Below are positions 28,857 through 38,239 of a stretch of DNA of 64,000 nt, piece after piece. Within the stretch, counting starts at the first letter, position 1. The number at the start of each line of letters is the position of its first letter. Origin of the DNA: Methanothrix sp. (GTDB lineage Archaea > Halobacteriota > Methanosarcinia > Methanotrichales > Methanotrichaceae); contig OY821645.1 in the NCBI GenBank assembly GCA_963682135.1, forward strand, positions 2,208,001-2,272,000, given 5' to 3'. The notes beneath the pieces were generated by a model, which was not told the DNA's origin, did not search any database, and worked only from the letters and a program-made list of their open reading frames with translations. The position numbers and the translations under genes are program-made.

Positions 28857-30101
28857 GACGGAATCAGGGCTAATCCCCGCTTTTTCAAAGGCGGGATACA
28901 GCCCGTACCTATCGAAAGATATGTAAACTAATTGAACAAATAGCAAAGCAGAAAGGTGAAGAAAACCATTGAGAGTGTTTCGATATAGACTCAAGCCAAC
29001 AAAAGCTCAAGTAACCAAGCTGAATGAGCAACTAGAGCTTTGCCGATGGGTCTATAACGAAACGTTGGCTATGCGAAAGAATGCCTTTGAACAAGATGGG
29101 AAGTCTGTAAGCTACTTTGAATCCAAGAGGATGCTACCGATCTGGAAAGAGATGAAGCAGGAACTGAAAACCGTTCATTCTCAGGTATTGCAGGACGTGG
29201 TTCAGAGGGTTAACCTCGCATTCAGAGCCTTCTTCAAACGGGTTCAATCTGGCGAAGAAGAAGTTGGTTATCCTCGCTTCAAGGGAAAGAACAGATACGA
29301 TAGCATCAGTTATCCACAGAGTGGCTTCTACATAGACGGCAACGTGATTTGGTTATCCAAGATTGGTGATATCAAATTCAAGTTGCATCGCCCCGTTGAT
29401 GGATGCGTTAAGAGACTGACCATCCGAAGATCATCAACCAAAAAATGGTATGTGTCTTTCCTGGTTGAAGATGCCCAAAATCACATTCTGCAACCCTCTG
29501 ATGAGATGGTCGGCGTGGACATGGGTATCAAGAACTTCGCTGTGCTTTCCAATGGCGAGTTCATCGAGAATCCTAAATTCCTTCTAGCTGATGAAGAAAG
29601 ACTCAAGAAGGCTCAAAGCAAACGTGACAAGCTGCCAAAAGGATCTGCTAAGAGAAGGAAAGCAAGCAAAATAGTAAGTCATCTGCACGAAAGGGTAACC
29701 AATCATAGAGAGAACTTTGCCCAACAACTGAGCCTAGAATGGATCAACAAATATGGAATAATAGCATTTGAAGACCTGAATATAACCAAAATGGTTCATA
29801 ATCACAACCTAGCGAAGAGCATATTGGATGCTGCTTGGAATAAACTGGTACAATATACTTCATACAAAGCGGAAGATGCTGGTAGGAAAGTAGTATTGGT
29901 TAATCCTGCAAATACATCTCAGATCTGCTCAAGCTGTGGTCAAATAGTCAAAAAGGATCTATCTATCCGAGTCCATAATTGTCCCTATTGTGGATTATCG
30001 ATAGATAGAGATCTCAATGCTGCTCTTAACATCGCAAGACTGGGGCTACAGTCTTTGGCATCAGCCTAGATGCCCGCCAATTCATTGGCGGGAGTGGTCA
30101 C
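28857..30101 (+). mobile_element. Non-autonomous IS200/IS605-family (IS1341-type) element, tnpB only
   Basis: Left hairpin about 28868-28905; right hairpin cccgccaat-tc-attggcggg ending in TCAC at 30101; preceded by TTAG; no tnpA. Confidence 0.85.
28969..30069 (+). CDS. tnpB: RNA-guided endonuclease TnpB
   Basis: HTH N-terminus; RuvC GVDMG, FEDL, DRD.NAA; zinc finger CSSCG..CPYC. Confidence 0.95.
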   Translation: MRVFRYRLKPTKAQVTKLNEQLELCRWVYNETLAMRKNAFEQDGKSVSYFESKRMLPIWKEMKQELKTVHSQVLQDVVQRVNLAFRAFFKRVQSGEEEVGYPRFKGKNRYDSISYPQSGFYIDGNVIWLSKIGDIKFKLHRPVDGCVKRLTIRRSSTKKWYVSFLVEDAQNHILQPSDEMVGVDMGIKNFAVLSNGEFIENPKFLLADEERLKKAQSKRDKLPKGSAKRRKASKIVSHLHERVTNHRENFAQQLSLEWINKYGIIAFEDLNITKMVHNHNLAKSILDAAWNKLVQYTSYKAEDAGRKVVLVNPANTSQICSSCGQIVKKDLSIRVHNCPYCGLSIDRDLNAALNIARLGLQSLASA

Positions 30102-30236
30102 GCTCGGCGGTGTTTTCTTCATTCCCAGGATGATCTTCTCTTTGCCGGCATTCCTTGCTTGCTCATGATCTCGGATCTTCTCTTTGGCCTCTTCCACCTC
30201 GTCGCGAAACTGCATGTAGTCTTCAAAGCAACCCAT
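30102..30236 (-). pseudogene. Small ORF interrupted by the IS (45 codons here; original 3' end predicted at 28830-28856)
   Basis: MGCFEDYMQFRDEVEEAKEK...KKTPPS with GGGGAG SD and an AT-rich TATA upstream; removing the IS adds LNSKLEQR-stop in frame. Confidence 0.5.
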
Positions 30237-30691
30237 GATCCGATTGTCTCCCCTGTACTTTGTTCTTGTTTACTGCTATATCCACGGCTATTATTTATAT
30301 TCGGCTCTCAATTCCATTGATTTTTTTGTAGAGTCCAGAATGTTTGGACGCTATATACACTTGTGGATTTATTATATTTAGCTTCTTTGAGGAGCTGCAA
30401 AGCGTTATCTGTTGTCTCGGCAGCGAACTGTTCGCCCGCGAGAATGCGCCGCGAACTATCGTCACCTAAAATTCAATCGCCATATCGCACGAATTTCCAC
30501 CTGATGCCAATTCTATTTCAACAATTTTTTTGCACACAGGTAGATAAACAATTTCAAATAAAATCATGGTATTGCGGCAATTAATTTATAAATTCCAAAA
30601 ACATCGGCAGGATAAACTAAATCCACTAATCTAGTAAGTCTAGATAACTAATCCAAAAAATATATCTATAATAATGCACTATGCCTGGCTC

Positions 30692-32515
30692 ATGGCTAGA
30701 GATAATCGACAGCAACGAGAGAGAAATCACGGATGTACAATATTCGCGGTAACTCCGGGAGCAAGCGCTGATGGCTCGATGTTCGCCGGGCATACCAACG
30801 ATGGATTCGGTCCCGGCATTACCGGACATGAGTTAACAGATGAGGGAAACAAGCTGGTTTACATTCCTGCTGCCACCCACAAAAAAGATGCCAAGCGTGC
30901 GGTCCAATACGATCCTAATTCAGGATCAGACGATCAGTCCGGCGGGGGTAAGGCCGGCTCATCACAGGTATCATACATCGACGAGGTCGAGAAGACTTAC
31001 GGCTACCTCACGGGAAGCTATGGCATAATTAATGAACACCAGCTCATGTGCTCAGAGTGCACCGACTTTGCCAAGATGACGGCTGATTATTCTCCGGGAG
31101 AGCGCATCTTCTACAGCTCTGAACTCTCCAACATTGCTCTGGAAAGGTGTACCGGGGCCAGGCAAGCTGTCGAGCAGGTAGGAGAACTGATAGACAAATA
31201 CGGAGTATATGGCACAGGCGAGACTCTCATTTTTGCTGATACCAAGGAGGCCTGGGTCCTGGAGATGTGCAGCTGCACCCTGGATGGCTGCAAAGGTCTA
31301 TGGGTTGCGAAGAAAGTACCGGACGGCGAAGTCTTTGCGGCTTCAAACACATTCAGGATTAGAGAAATTGATTGTGATGACAAAAACAATATGATCTATT
31401 CCGACAATCTTCATGATGTAGCTCTAACCCTCGAATGGTGGGATGGAATCGGCATGCTTGACTGGCTGAAGACCTTCTCCACTGGTGAGTATGCCCACCC
31501 CTACTATTCTCTGGCCCGCCTGTGGAGCGTTTATCGTCGTCTGGCTCCATCTCGCAATTTCAGCCCCTATGTCAAGGACACCTGGTCACGTGAATATCCA
31601 TTCTCATTGGTGCCCGACCGAAAGCTGAAAACCAGAGATACCTTCCAGATCTTCAGAGACCATTACGAAGGCACTGTCTATGATCTTACCACTGGCCCGG
31701 CAGCAGGCCCCTATGGCAACCCTTACCGGGATGACGGCCAATTCGATTCACATGATCTTTTCTCCGCAGGAGAGATCAAGCCTGGTGCATGGCATAGGCC
31801 AGTATCTCCAATATTTTGCGCTTACAGCTACATCACCCAAGGACGAAGCCAGCTTCCCGATCCGCTGGGAGGCGTGTGCTGGTTTGGATTTGCCCAGCCT
31901 TCTGAGACCTGTTACATGCCCATCTATGGGGGAGCAAACTCTCTTCCCCCAGAGCTGAATTGCGGAAAGAGATCCCTTTTCGACAGAAACTCTGCCTGGT
32001 GGGCCTTCAATTTCACAACCAACTGGGCAATGCTTCGTTACTGTCACATGATCAAGGACATACAGATGGAACAGAGCAGGATTGAGATAGAGGAGCTGCA
32101 CAAACAAAGAGAGATTGAAGAAAAGGCCGGTGCGATCTACCATTCTCAGGGAATCGAGGAGTGCTGCAAGTTTTTAACTGACTACAGCACCAGAAACGCC
32201 CTGTCCGTCATCCATGACTGGTGGAAGCTCTCAGATTCACTGATTGTAAAGTACAGCAACGGTCTGGTCAATGATGTTCAGAACGGGGTCGTAGAGAGCA
32301 GCAAGGTAGGCTACCCCAAGGATTGGCTGGCCAATGTGGGATACCAGTATGGTCCCAGGATATATCAGTATCAAGAGCTCCAGGAGATCGGATGTGTCCA
32401 ATACGTCGATAAGACTGCACAAGTGGTGGCAGGCACGGAGCTGGAATATATTAAGGAGAATCAGACCTGTCAGAAAGCAGGTCACAGGAAGCCGAGGAAG
32501 GCTCAGGAAGATTAA
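30692..32515 (+). CDS. Peptidase C69 (dipeptidase, Ntn hydrolase)
   Basis: CTIFAVTPGASADGS (Cys nucleophile), INEHQL, ALERC..AR.AV, RDHYEGT. Confidence 0.88.
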   Translation: MARDNRQQRERNHGCTIFAVTPGASADGSMFAGHTNDGFGPGITGHELTDEGNKLVYIPAATHKKDAKRAVQYDPNSGSDDQSGGGKAGSSQVSYIDEVEKTYGYLTGSYGIINEHQLMCSECTDFAKMTADYSPGERIFYSSELSNIALERCTGARQAVEQVGELIDKYGVYGTGETLIFADTKEAWVLEMCSCTLDGCKGLWVAKKVPDGEVFAASNTFRIREIDCDDKNNMIYSDNLHDVALTLEWWDGIGMLDWLKTFSTGEYAHPYYSLARLWSVYRRLAPSRNFSPYVKDTWSREYPFSLVPDRKLKTRDTFQIFRDHYEGTVYDLTTGPAAGPYGNPYRDDGQFDSHDLFSAGEIKPGAWHRPVSPIFCAYSYITQGRSQLPDPLGGVCWFGFAQPSETCYMPIYGGANSLPPELNCGKRSLFDRNSAWWAFNFTTNWAMLRYCHMIKDIQMEQSRIEIEELHKQREIEEKAGAIYHSQGIEECCKFLTDYSTRNALSVIHDWWKLSDSLIVKYSNGLVNDVQNGVVESSKVGYPKDWLANVGYQYGPRIYQYQELQEIGCVQYVDKTAQVVAGTELEYIKENQTCQKAGHRKPRKAQED

Positions 32516-32531
32516 TGGAAGGTGTTGGACA

Positions 32532-35057
32532 TTGTCACATAAACTCTCGATTCTGATCATCTCCGGCAAGATGGAGGATCTGAAATCAGCCACACTTCTG
32601 GCCATGAGCCGATTAGAGGAAGCAATCAAGGGCCTGGGGTACCCGACTCTTCTGGCCAGCACCGCGAGCGATGGCCTGAGCCTGGTCAACTCCTATCATG
32701 GATTCGGGTGCATCATACTGGATGCGGACATACCCAGCGATGAAGAGATTAAACAGCAGGCAAGGATGCGGGCAAGACAACAGGCTGCGACGGATGCCAT
32801 GAAAACCATCAATGCGGTGGATATCATCCGGGTCATCAGAGCGATGGACAAAAAGGTCCCGATATTTCTGACAGCCGATAAAACACAATTGAGAGACATT
32901 CCTCTGGAAATCATAAATGAGGTGCATGAGTACATCTACCTGGTCCAGGACACCTCGGACTTTATCGCCGGCCGGGTTGATTTTGCCGCAAGACGTTACT
33001 ATGAGCAGCTTCTTCCTCCCTACTTCGGAGAGCTGAAGAAGTTTACCGAAGATGCCGCTTATAGTTGGGATGCTCCCGGCCATATGGGCGGGGTAGCCTA
33101 CCTCAAGCATCCGGTGGGCCTGCAGTTTCATAAGTTCTTTGGCGAGAACATCATGCGGGCGGACATAGGGATCTCCACTGCCCAGATGGGTGATTGGCTG
33201 GAACATATTGGACCGTCAAACGAGTCGGAATGCAATGCAGCCCGTATCTTTGGTGCCGATTGGACCTTTTACGTCCTGGGCGGATCATCAGCTTCAAACA
33301 GGATAGTATGCCAGGGAGCTATAGGCGCTGAGGAGATGATTGTAGCCGATCGCAACTGTCACAAGTCGCTCAACCACGGCCTGACCCTGAGCCGAGCGAG
33401 GGCCGTTTACCTCAAGCCGACCCGCAACAGCTATGGCATGATCGGGCCCATAGCGCTGCGATACTTTGAGCAGCAGCATATAAAGGAGCTAATAGACAAG
33501 AGCGATCTTAAGATGGGTGCCGTCTCATCTCATCCTTCCTATGGCGTTGTGACCAACTGTACCTATGACGGTTTTTGTTATGATGCCAATGCCGTGGTGC
33601 ATCTGCTATCGAGGAGCGTCGCCCGAATTCACTTCGACGAGGCCTGGTACGCCTATGCGAAGTTTCATCCCATCTATGAAGGCAGATTTGCCATGGGCCT
33701 GAAGAATGAGCTGGACGCGACCACCTTATTCGCTGTGCAGTCGACCCACAAGATGCTACCCGCCTTTTCCATGGCATCCATGATCCACATAAAGGTCAAT
33801 AAGAAGAATCCCAATCTGGAAAAAGACCAGTTCAATGAGGCATTTATGATGCACGGCACCACATCACCCTTCTATCCCATGATCGCCTCCATAGATGTGG
33901 CCACTTCTATGATGGATGAGCCTGCTGGTCGCACAATGATGAACGAGACCCTCCTGGATGCCATTGGCCTGAGAAAGGCCATCGCATCTGTTGGCAAACG
34001 CATTAAGGAGAACATTGAGGAGAGCGATGAGAAGAATAAATGGTTCTTTGACTGCTACCAGCCAGAGAAGGTTATCGATCCTGAGAATCCAGATGAACCT
34101 TACGATTTTGTGGATGCGCCTGACGAGCTGTTGGCCAATGAGGCATCTTGCTGGACGCTCAAGTCCAACGACTACTGGCACGGGTTCAAGCATGGAGACC
34201 TATCCAATGATAACTATTGCATGCTCGATCCCACAAAGGTGACCATCCTCTGTCCGGGCATAAATGCAAAGGGAAAGATGGATGAACACTTTGGCATTCC
34301 AGGCACCATCCTGACCCACTTCCTGGATTCTCGTCGCATTGAGATCGCCCGAACAGGAGACTACACTGTGCTGGTGCTCTTCTCTGTGGGAACGAGCAAA
34401 GGCAAGTGGGGCACGCTGCTTGAGGCACTGCTCGAGTTCAAGCGTCTGTACGATGGCGATGCCAGCGTGGCGGATGTCCTGCCGGAGCTTGCGGAAAAGT
34501 ATCCGGAGGAATATGGCAGGGATGCTGACGGCCAGCCGAAAATATCGCTAAAACAGCTTTGCCTGGATATGCACACATGGATGAAAGACAACAGACTGCC
34601 AGAGCTGCTCAACGATGCCTGCAATGTCATTCCTCCTGCCAAGTACTCATCGGCTGAGACCTACCAGAAGCTGATCCGGGATCAGACGGAGAAAGTCAAG
34701 ATCTCTAAGATTGAAAAACAGAAAAATCGGATTGCCGGGCATATGCTTGTGCCCTATCCTCCGGGAATACCCATATTGATGCCCGGAGAGGTCCTGGAAA
34801 AAGGCAATCCTCAGATAAAATTCTTGCTGACGCTGGAGAAGTTCAATGGCAAGTTCCCCGGCTTCGAGCGAGAGATTCATGGCATTGAGATCGACGAAGA
34901 TGGCAGCTTCTGCATGCGAGTTATCAAGAGAGTCCCTGGCGAGAAGGAAGAAGAGACTGAAGAGATGAGGCTCAAGGAAGGAGAAGCGGCCCCGGCCTAC
35001 AAGCCGACGATCAGGCGGCGCGTTATGTCCAGGTCTATCAAGAGAGGACGCTCTTAG
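32532..35057 (+). CDS. Orn/Lys/Arg decarboxylase (fold type I, wing-domain containing)
   Basis: PGHMGG, DRNCHKS, TYDG, HFDEAW, QSTHK (PLP lysine), TSPFYP, PYPPGIP; TTG start inferred after GAAGGTG (ORF open from 32334). Confidence 0.92.
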   Translation: MSHKLSILIISGKMEDLKSATLLAMSRLEEAIKGLGYPTLLASTASDGLSLVNSYHGFGCIILDADIPSDEEIKQQARMRARQQAATDAMKTINAVDIIRVIRAMDKKVPIFLTADKTQLRDIPLEIINEVHEYIYLVQDTSDFIAGRVDFAARRYYEQLLPPYFGELKKFTEDAAYSWDAPGHMGGVAYLKHPVGLQFHKFFGENIMRADIGISTAQMGDWLEHIGPSNESECNAARIFGADWTFYVLGGSSASNRIVCQGAIGAEEMIVADRNCHKSLNHGLTLSRARAVYLKPTRNSYGMIGPIALRYFEQQHIKELIDKSDLKMGAVSSHPSYGVVTNCTYDGFCYDANAVVHLLSRSVARIHFDEAWYAYAKFHPIYEGRFAMGLKNELDATTLFAVQSTHKMLPAFSMASMIHIKVNKKNPNLEKDQFNEAFMMHGTTSPFYPMIASIDVATSMMDEPAGRTMMNETLLDAIGLRKAIASVGKRIKENIEESDEKNKWFFDCYQPEKVIDPENPDEPYDFVDAPDELLANEASCWTLKSNDYWHGFKHGDLSNDNYCMLDPTKVTILCPGINAKGKMDEHFGIPGTILTHFLDSRRIEIARTGDYTVLVLFSVGTSKGKWGTLLEALLEFKRLYDGDASVADVLPELAEKYPEEYGRDADGQPKISLKQLCLDMHTWMKDNRLPELLNDACNVIPPAKYSSAETYQKLIRDQTEKVKISKIEKQKNRIAGHMLVPYPPGIPILMPGEVLEKGNPQIKFLLTLEKFNGKFPGFEREIHGIEIDEDGSFCMRVIKRVPGEKEEETEEMRLKEGEAAPAYKPTIRRRVMSRSIKRGRS

Positions 35058-35083
35058 CCAAGGAAAGGATACCAACGGTGGAC

Positions 35084-35134
35084 TGCCGGGATGACTCCTG
35101 GAAATCCGGGAGGAAAGCCGGCAGCAATTTTTTT
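35084..35134. terminator. Long hairpin plus T-tract between convergent genes
   Basis: ctgccgg..ctcctgga-aa-tccgggag..ccggcag followed by a T-tract. Confidence 0.55.
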
Positions 35135-35143
35135 AGCCAGAAG

Positions 35144-35638
35144 CTAAAGGCTATGACTCTTCAGCCCTAAAATCTCGTCTAACTTAACGCCCACCAGCTT
35201 CCAGACGGAGCTTTTCTCATCCAGGAGCAGGGCCTCCACCGGCTCCTGGGGCGAATGGCCCAGAGCAGAGAGGACATTGGAGGAGAGGGATTTGCTCTTG
35301 ATCAGGTGCACAAACATCTCTCGCACCGCCCTTTTTTGACCGGCGTCTTCCACCTGCACCAGCCGCCCGGGCAGAGCCACAAAACTGAAAGCGGAAAGAT
35401 CTGGAGAGTAGTGCTCTATCTCCACGGTCACGAAGGGATTGTCCCGAAAATGCTGCACCTTTTTGCCGTAGTTGGTGGATAGGAAGTACATAAACCTGCC
35501 ATCAAAGACATAAATAAATGGAGCAATGTAAGGATGCTTCTGCCCCTTGAAAGCAATGCGGCAGACATATTGCTCCTCAACCAGACCGTCGTATTCCGCT
35601 TTTCCCATGCGGGGCATCTTAAAGATTTCTTCGGGCAT
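35144..35638 (-). CDS. Pyridoxamine 5'-phosphate oxidase-like flavin-binding protein
   Basis: CRIAF...PYIAP..Y..DG..YF.ST.YGKK....NP.V.VEI. Confidence 0.8.
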   Translation of the reverse strand: MPEEIFKMPRMGKAEYDGLVEEQYVCRIAFKGQKHPYIAPFIYVFDGRFMYFLSTNYGKKVQHFRDNPFVTVEIEHYSPDLSAFSFVALPGRLVQVEDAGQKRAVREMFVHLIKSKSLSSNVLSALGHSPQEPVEALLLDEKSSVWKLVGVKLDEILGLKSHSL

Positions 35639-35762
35639 TTATCGTCACCTTCGAGAAGATCTGTCGTAAGGAATTCATTTGATACATGAAAAGGATTTCG
35701 AGGAGATTACTTTCGCTCCGCTTGCATATCGGTTATAATCCATTAGTTCCTGCATAACTGCA

Positions 35763-36989
35763 ATGGTCACCCTGGAGAAGATCGCCCACCTGGCTGAAGA
35801 GTGCAGATTCGACTCATCAGGACCCCTTCAAGGTCCATCCGCTGCAGGCGTGGCAGGAGTAAGTCCCGAGAAGCTTAATAGCCTGGGAGAGGGCACGCGC
35901 CATGATGTTTGCGCGTCCACCTTTTCACCACGCGAGACGCCTCTGCCCGGAATATGCCATGCTTTCACCCAGGATGGCAGATGCGTCAGCCTCTTCAAGA
36001 CGCTTTACACCAACCATTGCACTCATCAATGCAGCTACTGCACCAATGCCGCCAGCTGCAGCAACAAGTCCAGAGCCTTCTCCTATACTCCGGAGGAGCT
36101 GGCCGGGATCACCCATTCCCTTTACCGGTCGAATTTTATCGAAGGGCTCTTTCTCTCCTCAGGAGCCGGCCGGGATGAGGATCACATCACAGAAAAGATG
36201 CTGGAGACCGTGCGGCTATTGCGCCAGAAGTACGCTTTTGGCGGATACATTCACCTCAAGGTGCTGCCTGGATCCGCCCGCGCGCACATCCAGGAAGCCA
36301 GTGAGCTGGCGGATAGGGTCAGCATCAATCTGGAGGCGGCATCTGCCTCGCACATGAATGAGATCTGTGCCACCAAGAATTATGAGAACGATATCCTGCA
36401 AAGGCAGAGATACATCCGTGATATTCTAAGAGGCGCTGGGAAATCCAAATCCATTCTGCCTGCCGGCCAGACCACTCAGCTTGTTGTAGGAGCCTGCGGG
36501 GAGAGCGATGAGGAGATCTTCCAGAGAGTCATTTACGAGTACGGGGAAATTGGGGTGAAGAGGGCCTACTACAGCGCTTTCTCTCCCCAGCAGGGAACAC
36601 CCTTTGAAGATAAAACGGGCCAGCCGCTCTGGAGAGAGCACCGCCTCTATCAGATGGACTGGCTATATCGGATTTACCACTTCCAGGCCGATGAGATCTG
36701 CCATGCCTTTGATGAGAATGGCTTTCTCTGCAACAATGATCCCAAGATGGCCATCGCCAGAGAGTCTATGGATAGACCTCTGGACCCAAATACGGCAACA
36801 ATACAGGAACTTCTCAGAGTGCCGGGCATCGGCCCCAAGAGCGCGCAAAGGATCGTTGCCCTTCGCAAAAGACAGCCGATCGTTGGCAAAGCCGAGCTGG
36901 CGGCCATGGGAATACGAATTAAGAGAGCTGCGCCCTTTCTGAAGATCAATGGCTGGAGAGACACCACTCTGGAGATGTGGCAGGCTTGA
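35763..36989 (+). CDS. Putative DNA modification/repair radical SAM protein (TIGR03916-like) with HhH
   Basis: GICH.FT.DGRC.SL.K, CxxxCxxC, YIHLK, GQTTQ, REHRLYQ.DWL, LLRVPGIG.KSA. Confidence 0.9.
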   Translation: MVTLEKIAHLAEECRFDSSGPLQGPSAAGVAGVSPEKLNSLGEGTRHDVCASTFSPRETPLPGICHAFTQDGRCVSLFKTLYTNHCTHQCSYCTNAASCSNKSRAFSYTPEELAGITHSLYRSNFIEGLFLSSGAGRDEDHITEKMLETVRLLRQKYAFGGYIHLKVLPGSARAHIQEASELADRVSINLEAASASHMNEICATKNYENDILQRQRYIRDILRGAGKSKSILPAGQTTQLVVGACGESDEEIFQRVIYEYGEIGVKRAYYSAFSPQQGTPFEDKTGQPLWREHRLYQMDWLYRIYHFQADEICHAFDENGFLCNNDPKMAIARESMDRPLDPNTATIQELLRVPGIGPKSAQRIVALRKRQPIVGKAELAAMGIRIKRAAPFLKINGWRDTTLEMWQA

Positions 36990-37612
36990 GGATTCCGGAT
37001 AACTTCTGCTACTACCTCTCCATGCATGAGGAATGCAATGAGAGGCTTCTTGACCGGGCGAAAAACCTTCGGTGCGAAGAGGTGGACATCTCCCAAGATC
37101 ACGAAGTCGTCCGCATAAAGAAGATGGTCTACGCCGTAATGGGCGAAGTGCACAGGATGAAGGCATTTGTGAGGCTTTCTTCTCTTGGCACATCGGTTCT
37201 TTACGGCTTTTTCAAGCCCAGGAACCAAATAGGTGAGCACATCTGCGATTACTTTGCCCGCAGAAACGCCGGAACGATAATAGTACTAGGAAACGGCAGG
37301 GAGAGCTGGATCTCTCTTTGCCGGGATGGCAAAATCTGGCGGGATCATGGCGGGGGAATGGCCATGTCTCTGGAGAAGCTGAAGGGCGCCCTGCATTGCA
37401 GCCCGGATGGACCAAGCGAGGATGGGGCCTTTGAGGATGTGTCCAATGTGGAGGGCCTCTGGCAGATCTACTACGACAGCCAGTACTGTCCAGAGAGAAA
37501 GAATCCGGCGGCATTTAAGAGGCACATGCCCAGAAGAGATCAGGAGTCAGCGGGACTGCGGCTGGTGCAAAATAGGAAGAATGCGTCGCTCGATGACTTT
37601 CTGGGGGACTAA
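36977..37612 (+). CDS. DUF4130/TIGR03915-like putative DNA metabolism protein
   Basis: V..EVHRMKAFVR, YFARR, LW..YY.S...PERKN......HMP.R. Confidence 0.85.
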   Translation: MAGLRIPDNFCYYLSMHEECNERLLDRAKNLRCEEVDISQDHEVVRIKKMVYAVMGEVHRMKAFVRLSSLGTSVLYGFFKPRNQIGEHICDYFARRNAGTIIVLGNGRESWISLCRDGKIWRDHGGGMAMSLEKLKGALHCSPDGPSEDGAFEDVSNVEGLWQIYYDSQYCPERKNPAAFKRHMPRRDQESAGLRLVQNRKNASLDDFLGD

Positions 37613-37643
37613 AAAATATGAAAATAAAAAATCCGGGAATATC

Positions 37644-38219
37644 TTACTCTCGCCTCTTTCGCATGGCAATTGCCGTCATACCTATCATGACCAGAGCCGT
37701 CAGCGCCGGGAAGCCGGGCTCCTCTCTTGTGGCCTCCCTTGACATTGTGGCGTTTTCGAATCTGCCGACGCTCATCTCTGCCGGTTCAGCAGCCGCCTCC
37801 GCCTCATTGACGAATGCTCCCGTCCTTGTTCCTCTGGCAGCCAGACGCTCCCTGTCACCGAGCATTGTGGTTGCATTGAGCTGCACATAGTCCTGCCCCT
37901 GGCCGACTATTGTGGAATTGCTCCAGATGAGAACGTCCACCACATAGTTGTACCTGTCCGGGACGGTGAGGTTGACGCTCTTTATGACCGTCTCGTCGGG
38001 TGCAATTATGCCGGTATTGCTCCACCGCTTGTCTGCCACCAGCTTCGAATCAATGTCGGTAGCTTTAAGCATCAGTTCGTAATCCTGGCTGGCCTTGCCG
38101 CCATAGTTGGTCACGTAAATGTCACTTTGGATTAAATCAAAGACAGCGTTATAAGAATAGAAACTGCCATATTTTGGTGCATCATCATTCCCCCGCTCGG
38201 AGTATATTCTTAATTCTAT
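37644..38219 (-). pseudogene. PGF-CTERM surface protein, probably 5'-truncated
   Basis: EPGF + TM + RKRR tail; no signal peptide; frame open to 38219 with no start codon before GTG 38114. Confidence 0.55.
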
Positions 38220-38239
38220 TTAAAAATTTTGCATAATTC

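Noticed and set aside
32334-32531. Extended decarboxylase N-terminus
   Set aside because: It overlaps the peptidase 3' end; an SD-like sequence supports a later start.
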